In this document: in pieces, positions 44,601 through 46,519 of the stretch | Layout: each line of letters starts with the position of its first letter | Position numbering within the stretch: position 1 is the first letter of the stretch | IMG/VR virus record: IMGVR_UViG_3300025387_000013 | Coordinates: 1-46,519 of that record | DNA from: a virus | Taxonomy: Duplodnaviria > Heunggongvirae > Uroviricota > Caudoviricetes | Direction: 5' to 3' (one strand) | DNA length: 46,519 nt | Translations under genes and position numbers: made by a program | The notes under the pieces: model-generated | The model's database searches: none | Told to the model about the DNA's origin: nothing | What the model saw: only the letters and a program-made list of their open reading frames with translations

Positions 44601-46519
44601 TTAACATCAGAAGTTTTAGGAGCTTCAGTTGATTTAGTTAAATCTGTTAATGAAGTTGTTATATTGGTTTTAAATTCACTAAATTTAGAGGATTTAGAAA
44701 GCCAATCACTGTAAGTTATAGAACTTGTCAATAATTCTTTTAATGTGTCTTCGGGTTTACTTACAGCATCTTCTGTTTTTTGATCTTTATACTCACCTGC
44801 AAAAAAAGTTTTATATACACCACTTTCTACTTTTCCATCTTTTATTATAAATTCATAATGATAACTAATTGAATCTGTCTTATCAGTTTGAATAAAAAGA
44901 CGACCAGATTTATCTTTTAAATTATTCATAACTGAAAGTTCTTTTTCAGTTTCAATAACTTTAATAGGTTGCTGTGGGGCTTTCTTAGCCTCTGCTAATT
45001 CTTTTAATTTAGCTACAACCTTTTCTCTTGTTGCTAAGAAATCAGCATCCTTTAATAAAGCTTCTGAATTTATATCACCTTCTGCATCAAGCATAAATCC
45101 CACTTTTCCTATGTTAGGAAACTCTAAAGTGTATAAAGTGTTCTGCTTGTCATACTTAGGTTTATCAAGTTCTCTATCTTTATTTAATTCTTTGATTATG
45201 AGATTGTTGATAAATGTGTTTGCATTATCAATAACCTGTTTGTCTTCTGCAGAAACTTCTTTCTCAACAGGTTTCTCTTCTTTCTTAACAGGAGCTTCTG
45301 TTTTGAATGGAAGATTTGTAGGAACAAGTGTGCTATATCTCTGTTGGAAATTGTTTGGGGCTTCTTCTGTTCTTTTAGCAACACTAGTTTTTAAAGGAAT
45401 ATCAACTTCTGCTCTGTTAGAACCATCTGGATATTTACTAGATAGAAGATAGGTTTGATAGTTATCCCATGTTCTATTTTTTAATTCTCCATTCTCTGTA
45501 TAAAACTCTCTAAACTTGTTGTTGAAATTCTTACCAAGACTATCACTATTTACACTTGTGTAGATGTTGGATAGTTTATCTTTAATATCTTTTTCAAGAT
45601 TAGCTACATCAGAAATATCAAATTGATTATCTCCTATATATAGGTTCATTGTTTTCTCATCAATGGAAATCTGATTAGCTTTTCTATCTTTAGTTCCTGT
45701 TTTATAGAATAATATATTCTGTAAGAAAGATAGTTCTGGAGTCACCTTAGTGATATTGCCCATATTCTCAGACACCTTTGTCAATATCTTGAATATAGTA
45801 TCAATCTGCTTATCATTAAGCTTAGCATTATTTAAAGGCACTAATGTATCACCATATTGAAAAGCTGGTCTTCCTATAGGAATTTTAACAGTTTCTCCAG
45901 CATGCTGTATCTTACCATTCTTAGATATAACAATAAGCCCTTTCTGTGTACTAATTAATTTATTAGCCACCTTCTCATCTGGAGGAAGTAATGTCTCTAT
46001 TACATTGTTTCTTTGTTTACCATCTTCTAGTTCTACAGGATGGCCTTTAGAAACAGTGAAGTTGGAATAAGGAACACTTGCTGTTTTATTTTTGAATAGA
46101 TTTTTCCTAAGGTTTATATATTGTTTCTGAGCAACTGATGCTTCTTCTTTTTGATTATTTCTATATAAAGGTTCATCTACATTAAACTTATTAGGTCTTG
46201 AGAGTTTTGTAGTGGGCATTGTTTGGAAAACTATTTGATTCATGTCAACAGGTTCTCCCACCTTACCAATCTTTTCTCCAGATTTATTTATAAAGTGACC
46301 ATCATTAGTAACCCAAACTTGTGCTAAGAATCCATTATTTAAATCAAACAACTGTTTTTCATCATCTGGAAATAATGGCCCATAAGAAAGTTTAGCAAGT
46401 CCAGATAAGCCTAAAGCTTCTTCATTACCATAGTGTACTAATATAGCTTGAAGGTCTTTTCTATTAGGAAGAAAAGAAGCATTATTTAAAAAGTCTCTAG
46501 CACGTACAATGTGTGGAGC
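35678..46519 (-). CDS. giant virion-type polyprotein (partial, at least 3613 aa): zincin-like domains + crAss/phi14:2-type two-barrel RNA polymerase + C-terminal RecD/Dda-like SF1 helicase
   Basis: No in-frame stop from 46519 to 35681 (the 46352-46519 extension was checked by hand). HELFH 44327-41, HEKAH 43700-14; GFRIP 39959-73 and GSDFDVDK (DFDVD at 39836-50); GYAGTGKTT 36983-37009, DESSM 36749-63, GDSFQL, TAHKSQGS, YTAITR. Confidence 0.85.
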   Translation of the reverse strand, partial: APHIVRARDFLNNASFLPNRKDLQAILVHYGNEEALGLSGLAKLSYGPLFPDDEKQLFDLNNGFLAQVWVTNDGHFINKSGEKIGKVGEPVDMNQIVFQTMPTTKLSRPNKFNVDEPLYRNNQKEEASVAQKQYINLRKNLFKNKTASVPYSNFTVSKGHPVELEDGKQRNNVIETLLPPDEKVANKLISTQKGLIVISKNGKIQHAGETVKIPIGRPAFQYGDTLVPLNNAKLNDKQIDTIFKILTKVSENMGNITKVTPELSFLQNILFYKTGTKDRKANQISIDEKTMNLYIGDNQFDISDVANLEKDIKDKLSNIYTSVNSDSLGKNFNNKFREFYTENGELKNRTWDNYQTYLLSSKYPDGSNRAEVDIPLKTSVAKRTEEAPNNFQQRYSTLVPTNLPFKTEAPVKKEEKPVEKEVSAEDKQVIDNANTFINNLIIKELNKDRELDKPKYDKQNTLYTLEFPNIGKVGFMLDAEGDINSEALLKDADFLATREKVVAKLKELAEAKKAPQQPIKVIETEKELSVMNNLKDKSGRLFIQTDKTDSISYHYEFIIKDGKVESGVYKTFFAGEYKDQKTEDAVSKPEDTLKELLTSSITYSDWLSKSSKFSEFKTNITTSLTDLTKSTEAPKTSDVKTEINPNKFKGTGGDDDYKLVGVDPDKSQISAFDLAVLKQWHADNVPNIPYEVLENVINTHDNEKAFGVFQDGVAKFYRMATRGTEYHELFHGIFNGFLSESEREALKEEFKSNRGTFTERNTGKQIKYADATDKQAEERIADDFGEFKKGKISTKSFSQKMLDFFKSIIDWFKSFGTNTRLKDKLFKDIDTGKFKEAVLPDWMKSGLTKEAYELVNKDVTEFEGTVIQYLDHIGFHTDGREIAARNIKKGERIELVKDALREKYDNKTWTNPVNSDPLPADVFKSFNDFILFVLLHEKAHEYIFKESDETRGSYETRINNEALRRLDAEFRQIPLYSKVEGMSAVQVQEAVQDMVIRASGLLFGENIEDIYNFKKLAGNEVFDKIEADYIKSGKRQLITDSAWNDLIKKTRDSLRTIVGLKFNDEDFADINNENVNNREYDRDPFSIGIKESSFGMKLLIGTLPTTSNKSTLGRLPERKKSNNFDGFVLLPTSRTYPTMLNALANTSDVNLAIKKLGDLAKNDPNYVRVVDKLNGNPNDMTIDQNTFKPANWRLFIDFYQTFTKQRPEVFAQYTNGNEVYVGAANLYDASAKLQRGWLQNMRDLAKTEGALIKFNSKSENKTYDADPKAFANTSIDGTVNQLNFLNKLGVDITADTFAKLSDTDQKRIGDETNFIYEHLKNKKALVSLKDGTLDVKGRFKAIADIIVKATNPLQDSTYNGVDGKMRQTNCQNNALSLFANRFNESASLQELKQNRPELNDPFCENSVILRPGGRFFDKESVKIEGQELRVGLISGDLDELKDNGRSITRLSLGKRFSTEINQNLNGNFYAINPADSASEWQMNFGNEIPFTDIRGGIWDDIHSIFRGYLIDDVALALDYKKRQKLANVGKKAKELRFFKDILSEKNLEAIDDLIAKNTTKDEIVKHIDSNISKINEDVTKYLQDSANNLKKVLLDNSQISVNKSEEEIAETTYNFKSLEDKFANVKEHRLDKFNLSEQDLNDLTLFNDVNKTIANIEYHKTLFGDPYQFAIKEKKGKIVLEETKRIKSFDSPAETTFNSPEFNNFHNLEYNKTGLYGESNRIELAPRTDETPGDPGSDVFKDYMNTVTINDMDIVGRVMGKTTENDASSILRDNAYRQVKLRNRKWDDDAELFHQWNMSYTRNKLAAKGDYTYTSDDLKAYDAELIKTPEPPFVTEISKPIVRGNKYGSNTIDLILDKTSQMPLYYKMVEKSTLADLYIKMWKEDVDYVIAQSGRKLGSEEVHQLYVGGKFNDAPFNNNIKVPWSAYGIQVETDYDDKGGKLTAAVQVPKIVSMDLFEHGVPFTKDALRADVIQKEYQRGVNIKKALVDNGYNNLLDKLGLVDNGGNFDVVNRKKLAESLYYETLRTEVSDNIKDALTLDENGEFIIPFEATFAYKKIKDIIYSMLDKSIGHPKTSGGSYIQAPVTMWEDSSKGRRIAIKTDQGYKELSRAEYDKLPENRKGDVILTDDTLHFPTESDPYTGVRLPHWFGEKIKNNKRFDTDEKVLNYLNNTIEGQEILRAVGFRIPATEMASLEAIRVESFLPKQFGKTIIVPSEITTKQGSDFDVDKLNMYLKNVYIDKNNDLKLVRYQGSEKATKDFFGKVFDDILQNKKVKKAELLEASQILSYDLDDPKGLVDRYSQLLDVLLKDVNDPAQFEESIMQQLGKLGDDDIQSKLKEEFIKDHYQASLENEYYDHLEKMITLPENFKALITAVDDAGLSKLADDLDDLRGRDESTIKNRVINGTYLTQTRHAFAMAKDWMGIVASNIAAHSIAQKGKVVIDPAMFENIDSADKKILGDGSIKIPHNTVDGLPTISGVKTVDGKQFISKRLAGHGTAIVDVAKDPYILKIIMSNLAPSSVMFLERIGTGETGLMLLAQPIVEKYLTYIDNIGASSLYSLGNINLIKSLFPTTEEALEAADTINVDKFDENIRKFYAKGEKLSNIENAEQHLILDEVLKYAKMSDYLSDTNQALTYDTAKFGNGEALSKKQYRTKRALENNIFRGVEQLLDNTFLGNQAEVIDNGVNAIGEILKLESRPFTAITNQVLAPYMQNKYMKGDDFNAIGNRIKLSFLDFIIQTRANINEDILPLIADTETSIASQLARAKEEHPTIQILQDLESTNNAKVDGPKSVKLKANISGDAAAENIYIGMMRELRDNPSTTDLYNNLVKVAILQGMYKSPISLGNIIPIEDFSKHITPIISTLNADGDLENFTKGWFQRNNFKDPTVFTKIEPKFNVAQWSRDEINRKPILYESNNPKKFQYFPSEESLNVVSTSRHILTLSDKFNYLATKSDYVQFPRVVEITRGKKPTGQFVDVQTGQAISKYEMSQYKAKGSDFHKDLYNYERVKDVDGKPFFIYRNGEKFHVYKLINVYGDRNVVSEYYNNFNPSKLNNGSIKVPIELTDEQIRSALAYKSAPAAPIELPVVKQQIVESVIDQGQQIDIEPEYGLTKENFESPEGYDEAVSNQPKKTILESRQTPINYTAGQIKALNQVGALIDKNEQAYYLLAGYAGTGKTTIAENIANYAKENGRSVFVIAPTNKAAKVLNDKLRKSGVGVNAATIHKTIYGEPDPSTGEWIPKTNLKNAVVLVDESSMIAKDVMKDLIANTKQNNIVVFMGDSFQLEPVGDDSKLFAGGVPEILNSQSQLTEVKRQGLDSNILKIATLARMDNKGYVPMESMPDFKVSKSRNEFINDFKESIKNDENSIMIVATNNERITMNDVARMTKFGPDRKILNDGETLIAVANSSDIPNSDIFKAVEVRGEPSKHELTFDFNGKISNYNMYFAYVVGEDGIERKVMHFPGLDRPSLYHSQILVSIRIHDRALFESLDNGHDIINTKKGPKLSPAIVISTYGYSVTAHKSQGSQWDKVFVNQNYNSPSWNPARWYYTAITRSAKDLVVLPSASNIRIKNADVESKINAIAPEEKDVSSQANPLNINEANTEGSDNPNPCV

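Noticed and set aside
32788-45452. Numerous 60-113 aa + strand ORFs opposite the two giant genes
   Set aside because: Typical antisense ORFs, Ser/Leu/Phe-rich with no motifs or initiation context.
1-46519. Stop-codon reassignment (TAG to Gln), common in some crAss-like phages
   Set aside because: Genes up to 10.8 kb are open in the standard code, TAG stops (e.g. 4574, 12606, 25074, 26160) fall at clean gene or terminator boundaries, and no suppressor tRNA is visible.

Overview
46.5-kb fragment of a large, AT-rich lytic dsDNA phage of Bacteroidota, related to crAss-like/phi14:2-like phages. No tRNA, rRNA, CRISPR array, integrase or host housekeeping gene was seen, and ORFs read cleanly in the standard code. 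There are four transcription blocks. (1) 1-12606 (+): replication, recombination and nucleotide genes (rIIB-like, HNH, PD-(D/E)XK exonuclease, class II RNR, RecA, dUTPase, PhoH, free-standing homing endonucleases) ending in GT11 and GT2 glycosyltransferases. (2) 12619-21680 (-): a run of small Lys-rich 'xGG' proteins, a ferritin-like protein, modular virion/appendage proteins, a putative protein O-glycosyltransferase and a lysis cassette. (3) 21851-26160 (+): an inverted glycosyltransferase island ending in a TibC/AAH-like protein O-glycosyltransferase with an intact 4-Cys iron-finger. (4) 26172-end (-): a tail fibre with about 300 residues of Gly/Ser/Thr repeats, a ~1660-aa virion-type protein with a RecB-family nuclease domain, and a >3600-aa polyprotein (open past the window edge) carrying two HExxH zincin motifs, a crAss-type two-barrel RNA polymerase (DFDVD) and a C-terminal RecD/Dda-like SF1 helicase. 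Best candidates for undescribed systems: (a) a phage-encoded virion protein O-glycosylation system, with six glycosyltransferase genes and Ser/Thr-rich structural substrates; (b) a putatively injected RNAP-helicase plus nuclease machine. All family calls are by motif recognition only; no searches were run.
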